Virus record (IMG/VR): IMGVR_UViG_3300020048_000109
Location: 7,580-71,579 of that record
Strand: one strand, 5' to 3'
DNA: 64,000 nucleotides
DNA from: a virus
Lineage: Duplodnaviria; Caudoviricetes
The notes under the pieces are model-generated. The model was given only the letters and a program-made list of their open reading frames with translations. It had not been told where the DNA came from and ran no database searches. Position 1 is the first letter of the stretch. Every line of letters begins with the position of its first letter. This document shows positions 9,611 to 18,278 of the stretch, piece by piece. A program made the position numbers and the translations under genes.

Positions 9611-9847
9611 TTAAAATAATGTCATTTGTTCGCCATAAGCAGGCATCACTTTTTTTATTCGGTTGAAGGGGATTCCATATTTTTTATCATCAACCATAAC
9701 CATACATTTTGATTCGTGCCTACCTAACGGATCAATGATTAAATGTAAAATTTCAGCTTTAAATTCTTTCATTACCATTTCATCTTCGGGCCACGTTTCT
9801 AAATCAAAAAATATTACTTTTCCGGGAATGAAAATTTGTGCACTCAT
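9611..9847 (-). CDS. Phage hypothetical protein (homolog of 36501..36773)
   Basis: IIDPLGRHESKC vs IIDPSGRHETKC; C-terminal QMTLF vs QMLLF. Confidence 0.75.
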   Translation of the reverse strand: MSAQIFIPGKVIFFDLETWPEDEMVMKEFKAEILHLIIDPLGRHESKCMVMVDDKKYGIPFNRIKKVMPAYGEQMTLF

Positions 9848-9908
9848 TTTAAATTTTTTTTGATAGATGATGTTAATAATAATTTGGGTTTAACTAAGCA
9901 AGAATTCA

Positions 9909-10012
9909 GCAATATTACTCGGCGCGAAAAGCGCCTGCGTCATACTGCTGCCAACACCTGATAAAACCAAAGTTTTTGAAGGAAAAAACCTTGGTTTATC
10001 AGTTAGTTGGCA
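9909..10012. repeat. attC-like imperfect inverted repeat, copy 1 (shared with 35483..35584)
   Basis: TGCCAAC-ACCTGATAAAACCAAAG...CCTTGGTTTATCAG-TTA-GTTGGCA, directly after the stop of 10013..10258. Confidence 0.6.
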
Positions 10013-10258
10013 TTAATTAGCCACTGCATTAAATATTTGAGTGTCTCTTAACCTAATTAGTTCTCTAATTCTTTCAGCAGATTCTTCTACTTCATTAGAA
10101 TAAATGCACATTATATCGCCATTTTCTTTTTTAAGTACAATAGGCAAAGAATTAGAATACAGTTCAAATAGTTTTTGAAATAACTGTTTTCTGTGAGTAT
10201 CATTTAAAATAGCTTCTCTTTGCTTTTTGAAATAAGTTTGTATGTTCATTTTATCCAA
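10013..10258 (-). CDS. Hypothetical protein (cassette-like)
   Basis: 81-aa ORF whose stop abuts the attC-like repeat. Confidence 0.6.
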   Translation of the reverse strand: MDKMNIQTYFKKQREAILNDTHRKQLFQKLFELYSNSLPIVLKKENGDIMCIYSNEVEESAERIRELIRLRDTQIFNAVAN

Positions 10259-10281
10259 TTTTTAATATTAATATTTCATTT

Positions 10282-10389
10282 AAAAAAAACCGTGGGCAGT
10301 CTCGAGTATATTATAGACAATAGTTAGAACAAAATATGAATGGAAAATTCAAGATTGGCTTAGATTGTTTTGAGTTTCTCCCACGGTGC
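10282..10389 (-). ncRNA. Candidate structured RNA / attenuator, copy 1
   Basis: Stem ACCGTGGG/CCCACGGT covaries with ACCGCCAG/CTGGCGGT at 37583..37677; poly-U tail on minus strand. Confidence 0.45.
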
Positions 10390-10393
10390 TTTT

Positions 10394-10645
10394 TTATGGG
10401 TTTATATCATCGAGATAGTTGCCTACAAAATTCAATTGCTTTTCAGTTAATTCATTTAAAAGCAATCCGTTTTTAAATTTCAATTTTTGTGGAATTTTAT
10501 TGATATACAAATAATATCCCCATTTGGTTTGGCGCAGCTTCAGTATTTCTGAAGTGTCCATTGGTTTTGGTTTTAAGGTTTCTTTATTCATTTTACCATT
10601 TTGTTTCTCTTGGACAATCTTTGGCCAATTCTTGTAAAAATTCAA
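10394..10645 (-). CDS. Hypothetical protein (start uncertain)
   Basis: ORF in early operon. Confidence 0.4.
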   Translation of the reverse strand: MNFYKNWPKIVQEKQNGKMNKETLKPKPMDTSEILKLRQTKWGYYLYINKIPQKLKFKNGLLLNELTEKQLNFVGNYLDDINP

Positions 10646-10697
10646 CTATTTGATCTAACAATTTTTTAATTTTCTGCATTATTTTTTACTTTTTTTA

Positions 10698-11000
10698 TTA
10701 ATTATTAAAAGGATTTTTAGCGATGTAAACCATATCATTTTTTAACCATTCGGCAAGCTCGTTAAGGTCGGTGCGGTCATTTAATATATATGGCGTGGAC
10801 CCTATTTGCAAAGTGACCATACTTCGCAGCCAAAAGATAACGCCGGTGCGTAATCTCATTTTACGTTCCCGGGCACCATCGGCCAATATTGCCCAGGAAT
10901 CAAATTCTTTCAGGTCTTCAGGAAGCGCCAATATCAATTCAAGGGTAACTTCTTCAGGTTTTAAAACCATTGGTCTGGTACAATATGCAGTTGCTGTCAT
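10698..11000 (-). CDS. Phage hypothetical protein (related to 37997..38467)
   Basis: STPYILNDRTDLNELAEWLKNDMVYI resembles GPYVLSELTNAQQFKTDLKNNIVFV; both lie directly after the primase. Confidence 0.65.
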   Translation of the reverse strand: MTATAYCTRPMVLKPEEVTLELILALPEDLKEFDSWAILADGARERKMRLRTGVIFWLRSMVTLQIGSTPYILNDRTDLNELAEWLKNDMVYIAKNPFNN

Positions 11001-11011
11001 AGTTTTTATTT

Positions 11012-14000
11012 TTAAAATGGAATATCATCTTCTTTTACTTCAATAGTGGGCATTGTTACGGTTGAAGCGGTGGTTGTTTTATTTTCAATAGACATATCTT
11101 TTTCAATGGTTAACAAGCCCATTTCAACCATTGCTTCATAATCAAAAGCATAACAGCTTTGTGAACCGGCTGTGCCAAAACGCCTTCCTTTTATAAGGCC
11201 TATAAAATAAGACCGGCTTTTAAAATATTGGCGAAGCGTTGTTTGCCCAATTACATCAACACCTTCACGTTTAGAAACTTCTTTGTTGTAGAATTGATAC
11301 ACACTTTTTAATCGTAAAAACAGTATTTTTTTACGTTCGGGATTGGTGTATTTGAATTCGGTTTTGTTTTCACCCAACACTTTAAATTCAATTGGCTGTT
11401 CAATGGTGAATTCATTGTCTTCCTTTAAAATTGAAGTTTCAAACAAAAATTGAATGATGGACCAGAATTCGGTCAATCCGTTTGAATCAGTAATTTGTTC
11501 AGAATTTTCAATAATCAGTTTCATACACATCGCTTCAACAGCTTTGTCGGTAAAAGGAAACTTGATTTTGTCTTTCAAAATTCGATATGTAGTAAGCAAC
11601 ATCGCAGTGTTATCGAAAATACGGCCTTGGTATTCTTTAGCTTCCAGCGCTTCTTTTAAATCTCTTACTGTCTGCGTGTGAACCCTCGTGAGGTTACTTT
11701 CAAAATACGCCCGATGTTGCACTACATCAACTACCAAACTACTAACCCCACTGTTAGTCCAGTTTAATAATTTACTAAAATTTTCTTTTTCTGTTGATGA
11801 AAATTCACGGCTTTGGAACAACCAACTTATGGTTCTGGTGGCCAAGGCGTTTTCCATTCGTGTTGGCATAAATTGCCCGGCATAATAAATGGCCGAGTTA
11901 ATTTTATCATATTGGGTGCGTTTGTCTCCGCTGTTCATCCCTTTTTCACGTCCAATCCCATTCCAGGCGCCCATCATTCCGCTGAAAATCTTTTCATCGC
12001 ATTGTTTGTCCTGGTATTCATCCAAAAACTGAACGGTGTTTACGTTTCTGCTCAATCTTCGGCTAAAACCAACGTGTGTGGCTTGCGTTAAATCCAAGGC
12101 AGGAAGGCGGTAATAAAAGAAGTTTTGCAAAATTTTACCAAAACCAGACTTCCCGGAATCCTTTTCACCAAAACCGCCCATTAACGGAAAACTGTCATAA
12201 TTTTCCAAAAACAAATCCCTAAAAATGGAAGCAAAATTGAATAAAATACCGCCCATTCCTTTTTCCTGAAACACTAAAATCATTTGTTCTTGCCATTCCA
12301 ATAAAGTGATGCCGCTTTCTTTGTACACAAAAGTCCGGTCGTTTTCATATTTATCATCCCCATCCTGATTGTCGGCGTGCATCACTGAAAATGCAGGCGA
12401 ATAGTAATAATCAATTTTTTGGTTGTATTCGGTTTTTGCGGTGTCTATGCCTTCCAAATGCATAATGCCATACTTATTCACGCCACGAAACTTTCCTTCC
12501 CAAAAAACGCCGTCAGCGAAGGCGAAGAAGCCTTTTTTATTCCAACCCATTGTCAACAGTTCAAGTGCAGGTTCAAACATATCATCAAAGCGGTACACAA
12601 ACTTGTCAAAATGTTCGGTGCGCACGCCGTTGTGGGTTAACCACATAAAACCGCCAATACGAAAAAGGTATTTTCTAAATTCGGCAAAGTTGGCCAGCAT
12701 ATCACTGTCGAAATCAATCAGTTTCTTTTTGCCTTTTTGGTTGGTAATTTCACAAAGGCGCTTGTTTTCTTTATCGCCTAAAATGTGAAATAAAGGTTGA
12801 AGTCCGTAATTTGTGCCCTGAAAAAAACCACCGCCGTCACTTCTTTGAAACCAGTAACTATTGTCAACAGTCACAAAACCGTGTTGCATATATTCTTCCT
12901 TATCGGCGCCTTTTGGCAGTCTTAAATTTTGGGTTGCGGGTACACCAATGGTTTTTTCTTTATTTTCAGTTTCTTTGCGTTCTAAATTGCCTATTTCGGT
13001 TTTTAAAGTACCAACAGTCACATCAAAAGTTTTGGCAATCAGTTTTATATATTCGGTACGTTTAACTTCCTGTTTAATGTTCAACAGTGTTTTGCAAATT
13101 TCCTGAAACGCTTCACTTTTTTTGGTTGGATCAATCTTTGCAACGTTGGTAATTTCTTGTTTAGATTCCTTTAAAATAAGATTTATTTCTTCGCGCAAAT
13201 TGCGGTTGAATTCCTTTGCTTCGCGCAAAGCATCGCCTTTTAGCGTGGCCATTGTTTCATCATTGATAAACTCCGATTTTAAGGCCCCAATATTCAACAA
13301 AGCCACTTCATTAATGGTGTCAATATCGCTTTGGTAATAATCGCGTTCAATATCGTACTGTTCCACTTTCCACAACAAAGCATCTTTTTTGTTTTGCTGA
13401 ATCCAGACGTTCATTTCATTTTTATGCAAGCGTGCGAAGGAATCGGGATCTTCGCCTTCAGGCAATTCACAAAGCGAAACATTCAGTCCGTTTATCAAAC
13501 AAATATCAATGTCTTTAATGGTTGCTTTTTGTCCGGCTTTGTCGCCGTCACGCAATAAAATAACTTCTTCGGCATATTTCTTCAGCAATTGGGCGTGGTT
13601 ATCGGTAAGCGCGGTTCCACAACTTGCAACGGTATTTTCACAGCCATTTTGAAACATCGAAATTACATCGGTATAGCCTTCGGTTAAAATTACGGTCCCG
13701 GATTTGCCAATCGCTTTCTTTGCCTGAAACAAGCCATACAACACATCGCTTTTAATGTAAATGGTGCTTTCTTTGGAATTTAAATATTTTGGAAACTTAG
13801 CATCTTCTTCAGAGTTGCTTCTTCGGCCACCAAAGCCAACCACAGTTCCTTTATCATTGTGAATAGGGAAGATGATACGGTTTTTAAATTTATCGAAACT
13901 GGCGTTGTTTTGTGTGTCGCTTAACCCTAAATCTTTGGCAATTGACAACGTTCCTTTTTCCATTGCCCATTTTGTTAAGGCGTTTTCTAAAGGTGCATAA

Positions 14001-14470
14001 CCAATTTGAAAATCGATGCAAGTTTCATCGGTAAATTCACGCCCGGAAATCAATTCTTTTGCCCAATGATTGGCTTCTAATTTTTTAAAACTTTGCACAT
14101 ATTTGCGCGAAGCTTCATTTAAAAGATGAAACATTTCATCCTTGGTTTCCTGTTTGCGCTTTTGTTCTGGAGATTCTTCTTCTTTTTCTAAAAAGATGTT
14201 GTGAATTTTGGCAATTATTTCAATGGCTTCAATAAACTCCACATTTTCTTTTATGGTAACAAATGTTATTCCGTCACCGCCAATTCCTGAAGAAAAGCAT
14301 TTAAAAATTTGTTTTGCAGGGGAAACAACAAAGCTTGGTGTTTTTTCATTTGCAAAAGGTGAAGATCCTTTGTAGTTGGAGCCTTCTTTTTTTAACGGTA
14401 CGTAATTTTCAATGGTTTTAACAATATCTGCTTCTCTAACCCGGTCTATACTTGAATTTGTGTATCTCAT
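11012..14470 (-). CDS. dnaG: DnaG-type primase fused to a C-terminal P-loop helicase-like domain
   Basis: SPFANEKTPSF...KCFSSG (CHC2-like), FGGR, KYLNS, EGYTD and DGD TOPRIM motifs, PEGEDPD, then GEKDSGKS Walker A and FLDE Walker B. Confidence 0.92.
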   Translation of the reverse strand: MRYTNSSIDRVREADIVKTIENYVPLKKEGSNYKGSSPFANEKTPSFVVSPAKQIFKCFSSGIGGDGITFVTIKENVEFIEAIEIIAKIHNIFLEKEEESPEQKRKQETKDEMFHLLNEASRKYVQSFKKLEANHWAKELISGREFTDETCIDFQIGYAPLENALTKWAMEKGTLSIAKDLGLSDTQNNASFDKFKNRIIFPIHNDKGTVVGFGGRRSNSEEDAKFPKYLNSKESTIYIKSDVLYGLFQAKKAIGKSGTVILTEGYTDVISMFQNGCENTVASCGTALTDNHAQLLKKYAEEVILLRDGDKAGQKATIKDIDICLINGLNVSLCELPEGEDPDSFARLHKNEMNVWIQQNKKDALLWKVEQYDIERDYYQSDIDTINEVALLNIGALKSEFINDETMATLKGDALREAKEFNRNLREEINLILKESKQEITNVAKIDPTKKSEAFQEICKTLLNIKQEVKRTEYIKLIAKTFDVTVGTLKTEIGNLERKETENKEKTIGVPATQNLRLPKGADKEEYMQHGFVTVDNSYWFQRSDGGGFFQGTNYGLQPLFHILGDKENKRLCEITNQKGKKKLIDFDSDMLANFAEFRKYLFRIGGFMWLTHNGVRTEHFDKFVYRFDDMFEPALELLTMGWNKKGFFAFADGVFWEGKFRGVNKYGIMHLEGIDTAKTEYNQKIDYYYSPAFSVMHADNQDGDDKYENDRTFVYKESGITLLEWQEQMILVFQEKGMGGILFNFASIFRDLFLENYDSFPLMGGFGEKDSGKSGFGKILQNFFYYRLPALDLTQATHVGFSRRLSRNVNTVQFLDEYQDKQCDEKIFSGMMGAWNGIGREKGMNSGDKRTQYDKINSAIYYAGQFMPTRMENALATRTISWLFQSREFSSTEKENFSKLLNWTNSGVSSLVVDVVQHRAYFESNLTRVHTQTVRDLKEALEAKEYQGRIFDNTAMLLTTYRILKDKIKFPFTDKAVEAMCMKLIIENSEQITDSNGLTEFWSIIQFLFETSILKEDNEFTIEQPIEFKVLGENKTEFKYTNPERKKILFLRLKSVYQFYNKEVSKREGVDVIGQTTLRQYFKSRSYFIGLIKGRRFGTAGSQSCYAFDYEAMVEMGLLTIEKDMSIENKTTTASTVTMPTIEVKEDDIPF

Positions 14471-14586
14471 TTTTTATTGAGTTGTTCGTAATATTCTCCA
14501 ACAGTTGCCGGAGTTTGATTAAATTCTGATTCTAACTGTTCAATTTTTTGGTAAAGCGCAATTAAGGTTTTACAATACAGGTCCAT
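14467..14586 (-). CDS. Small hypothetical protein (MDLYCK...)
   Basis: ATG 14586 follows the stop of 14591..14863; stop overlaps the primase start. Confidence 0.45.
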   Translation of the reverse strand: MDLYCKTLIALYQKIEQLESEFNQTPATVGEYYEQLNKK

Positions 14587-14590
14587 TCCG

Positions 14591-14863
14591 TCATCCAACA
14601 GCTTTTGCTCTGGGCGCGTAAGCTTGTACAATTGTTCCTTCAAACTCAATAGTTTTAATTCCTTCGCAGATGGCAATTTCGGCAGACAATTGTTTGATTT
14701 TTTCATCGTAGAAATCGAGCAGTAATTGCTTTTTTTCTTCAAATCCGCTATAATCATTTGATGCGTATAATGCCGCCCATTGGTTTTTGTATCTGTTAAG
14801 TTCATAGGTAAGTCTTTGGAGTTGTTCTTGATTTTTCATAACATTAATCGGTAATAAGTTCAA
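14591..14863 (-). CDS. Hypothetical coiled-coil protein
   Basis: ORF coupled to its neighbours. Confidence 0.55.
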   Translation of the reverse strand: MNLLPINVMKNQEQLQRLTYELNRYKNQWAALYASNDYSGFEEKKQLLLDFYDEKIKQLSAEIAICEGIKTIEFEGTIVQAYAPRAKAVG

Positions 14864-15143
14864 ATGATAATTTTTCGCAGTGTTTCAATGTGCCGCGCAA
14901 TCCGTTACGGTCGCAAACATCCTTATTGGTAGTTTTCAAAATTTGAATCAACACTTTTAGGTTTGAAGCTTCCAAGTCGAAGTTTGAAGCCAGATCAAAA
15001 CGTTTCAGTTTTTTTGCTTTGGAAGAATAATCGTAAAACCGAAGACAAAAAGTTTCACATATTTCAATCAATTCGGTATTGTTTGCAAACATTACGGATT
15101 GCATTGTTTTGGCAGATTTTATCATTTTGTTCATATTAAACAT
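14844..15143 (-). CDS. Hypothetical protein (counterpart of 42654..43004)
   Basis: Follows the LuxR gene in both phages; KAKKLKRFDL vs KARRIKRVDL. Confidence 0.6.
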   Translation of the reverse strand: MFNMNKMIKSAKTMQSVMFANNTELIEICETFCLRFYDYSSKAKKLKRFDLASNFDLEASNLKVLIQILKTTNKDVCDRNGLRGTLKHCEKLSFELITD

Positions 15144-15720
15144 GTTGTTTTAATAAAGCAATTATTAAGGAAGTTTTCCCATTAACGTGGGTGCGTTTGT
15201 ATAAATTTCTTTTGTGAAAATCGAGCGTAGGCTGCGTAATCTTCATTTCAGATGCAATGGCTTTATCGGGTTCATCTTCAAGAATAAGATCAATAATAAT
15301 AAGATCACGAAGCGTTAATACTTCACCGTTTAAAGTGATGCGTTTGCTATCCCAAAGCAATGCAGGTGTATTTTTTTCATCCCTGAAATTTTCAGAAATG
15401 GTTAAATGTCCCTTTAAAATATCGGGAGCAGCATCCATACCACCATATAAATGGTAAATGTAAAGTTCAACTTGGCGGTTTACGCTGGTTTTAGCTTTTT
15501 GAAGAAATTTAACCGCTTTTTTATCTTGCAAATATTGTTTTTTGCAAATGGCATAAACCCATTTAGGTAAATAATTCCATTCGAGCGTGCGCCCGTGTTG
15601 CAACCAAATTACTTGCTTTGTTTCTTTTAGGCCAATAAATTCAATGTTTGAATCGCCTGGTAACAATCCTGCTATTTGCGCAGTGTTTGTTTTTTCTGTA
15701 GTTTTGCAATTGTTAATCAT
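15136..15720 (-). CDS. LuxR-type HTH regulator (homolog of 43102..43671)
   Basis: LTLRDL...DKAIASEMKITQPTLDFHKRNLYKR C-terminal LuxR HTH. Confidence 0.85.
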   Translation of the reverse strand: MINNCKTTEKTNTAQIAGLLPGDSNIEFIGLKETKQVIWLQHGRTLEWNYLPKWVYAICKKQYLQDKKAVKFLQKAKTSVNRQVELYIYHLYGGMDAAPDILKGHLTISENFRDEKNTPALLWDSKRITLNGEVLTLRDLIIIDLILEDEPDKAIASEMKITQPTLDFHKRNLYKRTHVNGKTSLIIALLKQHV

Positions 15721-16152
15721 TTCCTTTAAAATTTAGTGATTAATAAATACTATAAACCTGAAGTTCTAGCTTCGGGTTTATTTTTTTTCTCCGGTATCGT
15801 AATCGCAAAAACGATTAAAACCGAAATAAAGCAGCTTGTAAAATCAAAACCCAATCCGAAGAATAAATAAGCTTCAAAAATAATGGCTGCTATGCGTGCA
15901 AATTTTAATGTGTTTTTCATTTTAGTTTAATATTTGTGATAGTTGAATGTAAAAAGCCAGTGCAATTAGTGCTATGGCGATAATAAATGCTTTTAAATCT
16001 TTTTCCATTTTTTTTGTTTTAAAAAACCGCCCTTGTAACCCCTCACAAGGGCGGAAAATTGCTATGAAAAGTTACGTATTCATTCCGCGTCCGGTATAAA
16101 GAACTTATGCGTTTAAGGGAAGTTACAGAAACCCTTGTAGTTAGTTCGCCAA

Positions 16153-16728
16153 CTATTTTTTTTCTGAAAAATCAAATTTTATTTGATTGATTCTGGCTTT
16201 AATTGCGCCACGCTTTTCAGCGTTAGTAGTTTTAATAAGTAAATTGATGTTTTGATACTTCACAAACAAAGGATTATTGTATAATTCACTTTCCACAACT
16301 TCCAATTCTTTTTCAAATTGTAAGTTGTCAATTACTGCCTGATCGTGTTTTTTGTAGTCTCCAAACAAAATGTGTTCAATAGCACTGTAAACCCAAACTT
16401 CAAATGCAGGATCTAACCAGGCAGCAAATTTTAAAGCTAAAATTCTATGAAAATAAATTCCGTTTCTACCTCTAAATTCAATTATATCTTCTTCTCTTAA
16501 AAATTCTTTATTCCCACCATTTGGTGTAAATACAGAATTTAAACTCCCACCATTTGGTTGGAGTTTAAGCACTTCAATAAATGCTTTTGCGTGGTCAGAT
16601 TTTAAAAATAATTCTGTTTTCTTATTAAATGCTTTTGCCATTTCTGTGGCGTTTACCATTACGTTTTTATCGTTAGATAATGCAAAATGGATTTGTGTGT
16701 CCTGATAAATAAATTCAATTGCTTTCAT
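16153..16728 (-). CDS. KilA-N domain protein (antirepressor-like)
   Basis: MVNATEMAKAFNK and FAAWLDPAFEVWV KilA-N motifs. Confidence 0.9.
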   Translation of the reverse strand: MKAIEFIYQDTQIHFALSNDKNVMVNATEMAKAFNKKTELFLKSDHAKAFIEVLKLQPNGGSLNSVFTPNGGNKEFLREEDIIEFRGRNGIYFHRILALKFAAWLDPAFEVWVYSAIEHILFGDYKKHDQAVIDNLQFEKELEVVESELYNNPLFVKYQNINLLIKTTNAEKRGAIKARINQIKFDFSEKK

Positions 16729-16736
16729 ATTTCCGT

Positions 16737-16991
16737 TTATTTTAAAATTTCGCTTTTAAATTTTTCCGATTCTCTTGCTTCTTTCTTTTTTATGGCTGCA
16801 AGTTGTAAAATAGCAGTTTCAATATCTTTGTTTTCTCTTAGGCCAACAAACACTGTTCTTATGTGCTGAAGGGCGTAAGGATGACCATTTCTGTTCCTAA
16901 CTCCTTTGTCGTTTAAAATGTCTGAAACGTCTTCTGCGTAGTGTGCACCTATGATGTTTTTTAATTGAATTTGTTCTTCTGGAGTAATCAT
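16737..16991 (-). CDS. Cro-like early protein
   Basis: Divergent from CI; resembles 43677..44054. Confidence 0.55.
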   Translation of the reverse strand: MITPEEQIQLKNIIGAHYAEDVSDILNDKGVRNRNGHPYALQHIRTVFVGLRENKDIETAILQLAAIKKKEARESEKFKSEILK

Positions 16992-16992
16992 A

Positions 16993-17097
16993 GAGATATA
17001 TTATTGTTTTTGTAAAAAATTGGTTATATATTAGTTATATATTGATAAAACAAAGTAAAGTAAATTATCTCGTATAAACAAGTAAAATATCTCATAT
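16993..17097. promoter_or_regulatory. CI/Cro control region with three GAGAYAWWTTA operator-like sites
   Basis: 16993-17003 (+), 17061-17071 (-), 17083-17093 (-); a fourth copy lies inside CI at 17240-17250. Confidence 0.5.
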
Positions 17098-17100
17098 TTT

Positions 17101-17487
17101 ATGAGCTCAAAGCAAAAAATATTAAAATACATTGATTTTAAAGGGATTACAGTCTATGAGTTTGAAAAAATCACTAGATTAAGTCATGGTATTTTAAGAA
17201 GCGGAAGTGATTTCGGTACGGACAAACTAAAACAAATAAGAGACAATTTACCCGATTTAAATATGAATTGGCTTATATATGATGAAGGGAATATGCTTTT
17301 ATCAGAAGAAAATGAAGTAAAAGAACCCCAAAATAACTATGAAAAAATGACAATTAACACAGAGATGCTATTAAAAGAAGTTGAAAATTTAAAAAATTTA
17401 CTGGAAGCTAAACAAGAAACCATTGATTTATTAAAATTGAAATTTGGAATACAAACCATTGGCAACGATCAAAGGAAACAAGGATGA
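17101..17487 (+). CDS. CI-like XRE HTH repressor
   Basis: YIDFKGITVYEFEK...LNMNWLIYDEG typical of Bacteroidota phage repressors; divergent position. Confidence 0.8.
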   Translation: MSSKQKILKYIDFKGITVYEFEKITRLSHGILRSGSDFGTDKLKQIRDNLPDLNMNWLIYDEGNMLLSEENEVKEPQNNYEKMTINTEMLLKEVENLKNLLEAKQETIDLLKLKFGIQTIGNDQRKQG

Positions 17488-17606
17488 GAGTGGTTCATAA
17501 AAGCAACTCACTTCAAAATGTAAAAGTAATGCAATACGCTTCAAAAAATTACGGGTTTCCTTACGCTCGTAAAGAATATCTTACCGTTTATAAATAAATA
17601 TAAAAA

Positions 17607-17825
17607 ATGAAAGCAATTAACAGGGTATTTGAGTATTTAGAATTGAAAAACATTCCTCATACAAGGTTTGAAAAAGAAGCAGGATTGGGAAACGGTTATC
17701 TAAAAAAACAACTGGACCGTGAAGCAGATTTAGGTGAAGGTGTTATAATAAAGATTATAGACAATAGTCTCATAAATCCACTTTGGCTTTTAACCGGGAA
17801 AGGCGATATAGAAAATAGTCTATAA
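17607..17825 (+). CDS. Second XRE HTH protein, short, ending inside the palindrome array
   Basis: IPHTRFEKEAGLGNGYL...INPLWLLTGKG; stop falls in the repeat unit at 17807-17824. Confidence 0.7.
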   Translation: MKAINRVFEYLELKNIPHTRFEKEAGLGNGYLKKQLDREADLGEGVIIKIIDNSLINPLWLLTGKGDIENSL

Positions 17826-17961
17826 AGCAGTATTTATATAGAAAATAGTCTATAAAGCAGTATTTATATAGAAAATTGTCTATAAATAACTGTGATATAG
17901 AAAATTGTCTATAATATATAAGCATTTGACAATTGGCGGAGAGTTTAGACAATTGTCTATA
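17756..17961. repeat. Array of 18-bp quasi-palindromes, consensus TATAGACAATTGTCTATA, 29-30 bp period
   Basis: Units at 17756, 17807, 17837, 17867, 17896, 17944 plus a degenerate TTGACAATTGG near 17926. Confidence 0.9.
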
Positions 17962-18138
17962 TAAAAACACACAAAATCAGCAAAAATAAGGGTTTCAAGA
18001 AAATTAAAAACGGTTTAAAGCCAGTGTAACTCTCCGCTTCGGCGTTTTAAACCGGGTTAAATTTGGGTCAAACAAGGTGAAAATTGAAAAGTTTAAATAT
18101 TGATAATCAAATAGTTACAATTTAAAAAACGGCTTAAA

Positions 18139-18163
18139 AGAGTTCGAGTCTCTCCGCCCGCAC
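18139..18163 (+). tRNA. tRNA 3' fragment only (T-arm plus acceptor strand, tRNA-Leu-like), att core
   Basis: AGAG-TTCGAGT-CTCT-CCGCCCGCAC; no 5' half upstream; isotype from recalled Bacteroidota tRNA-Leu ends. Confidence 0.7.
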
Positions 18164-18168
18164 TTCTT

Positions 18169-18203
18169 GAAAGCTTATAAACACTGAGTTTGTAAGCTTT
18201 CTT
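18169..18203 (+). terminator. Hairpin downstream of the tRNA 3' core
   Basis: GAAAGCTTATAAAC-ACTGA-GTTTGTAAGCTTTC followed by a T-rich run. Confidence 0.65.
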
Positions 18204-18278
18204 CTTTAAAAGTGGGTTAAAATTGGGTCAATAGATTATTAATATTTACAACTGATAACATTCAGATGTAAAAAAAAA

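Larger units (their letters stand above)
18054..18231 (+). other. attP-like site of phage A: arm repeat - tRNA-Leu 3' core - hairpin - arm repeat
   Basis: GGGTTAAATTTGGGTCAA (18054-18071) and GGGTTAAAATTGGGTCAA (18214-18231) flank the core; directly upstream of the integrase. Confidence 0.8.

Noticed and set aside
10312-10324. TATAGACAATAGT as another copy of the palindromic operator
   Set aside because: Half-site only and part of the loop conserved as TTATAnnCAATAGTT in the phage B copy, so probably unrelated
14467-14863. Programmed frameshift joining the overlapping ORFs 14467..14805 and 14591..14863
   Set aside because: Explained by two consecutive genes, with ATG 14586 just after the stop at 14591; no slippery site seen
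17807-17913. CRISPR array interpretation of the 30-bp periodic repeats
   Set aside because: The intervening sequences are only 11-12 nt and two are identical; no cas genes; units resemble operators
17770-17970. Minus-strand 66-aa ORF
   Set aside because: It is simply the translation of the palindrome array (DYFLYKYCFI repeats)
18139-18163. Complete tRNA gene
   Set aside because: Only the T-arm and 3' acceptor strand are present; upstream sequence cannot form D or anticodon arms
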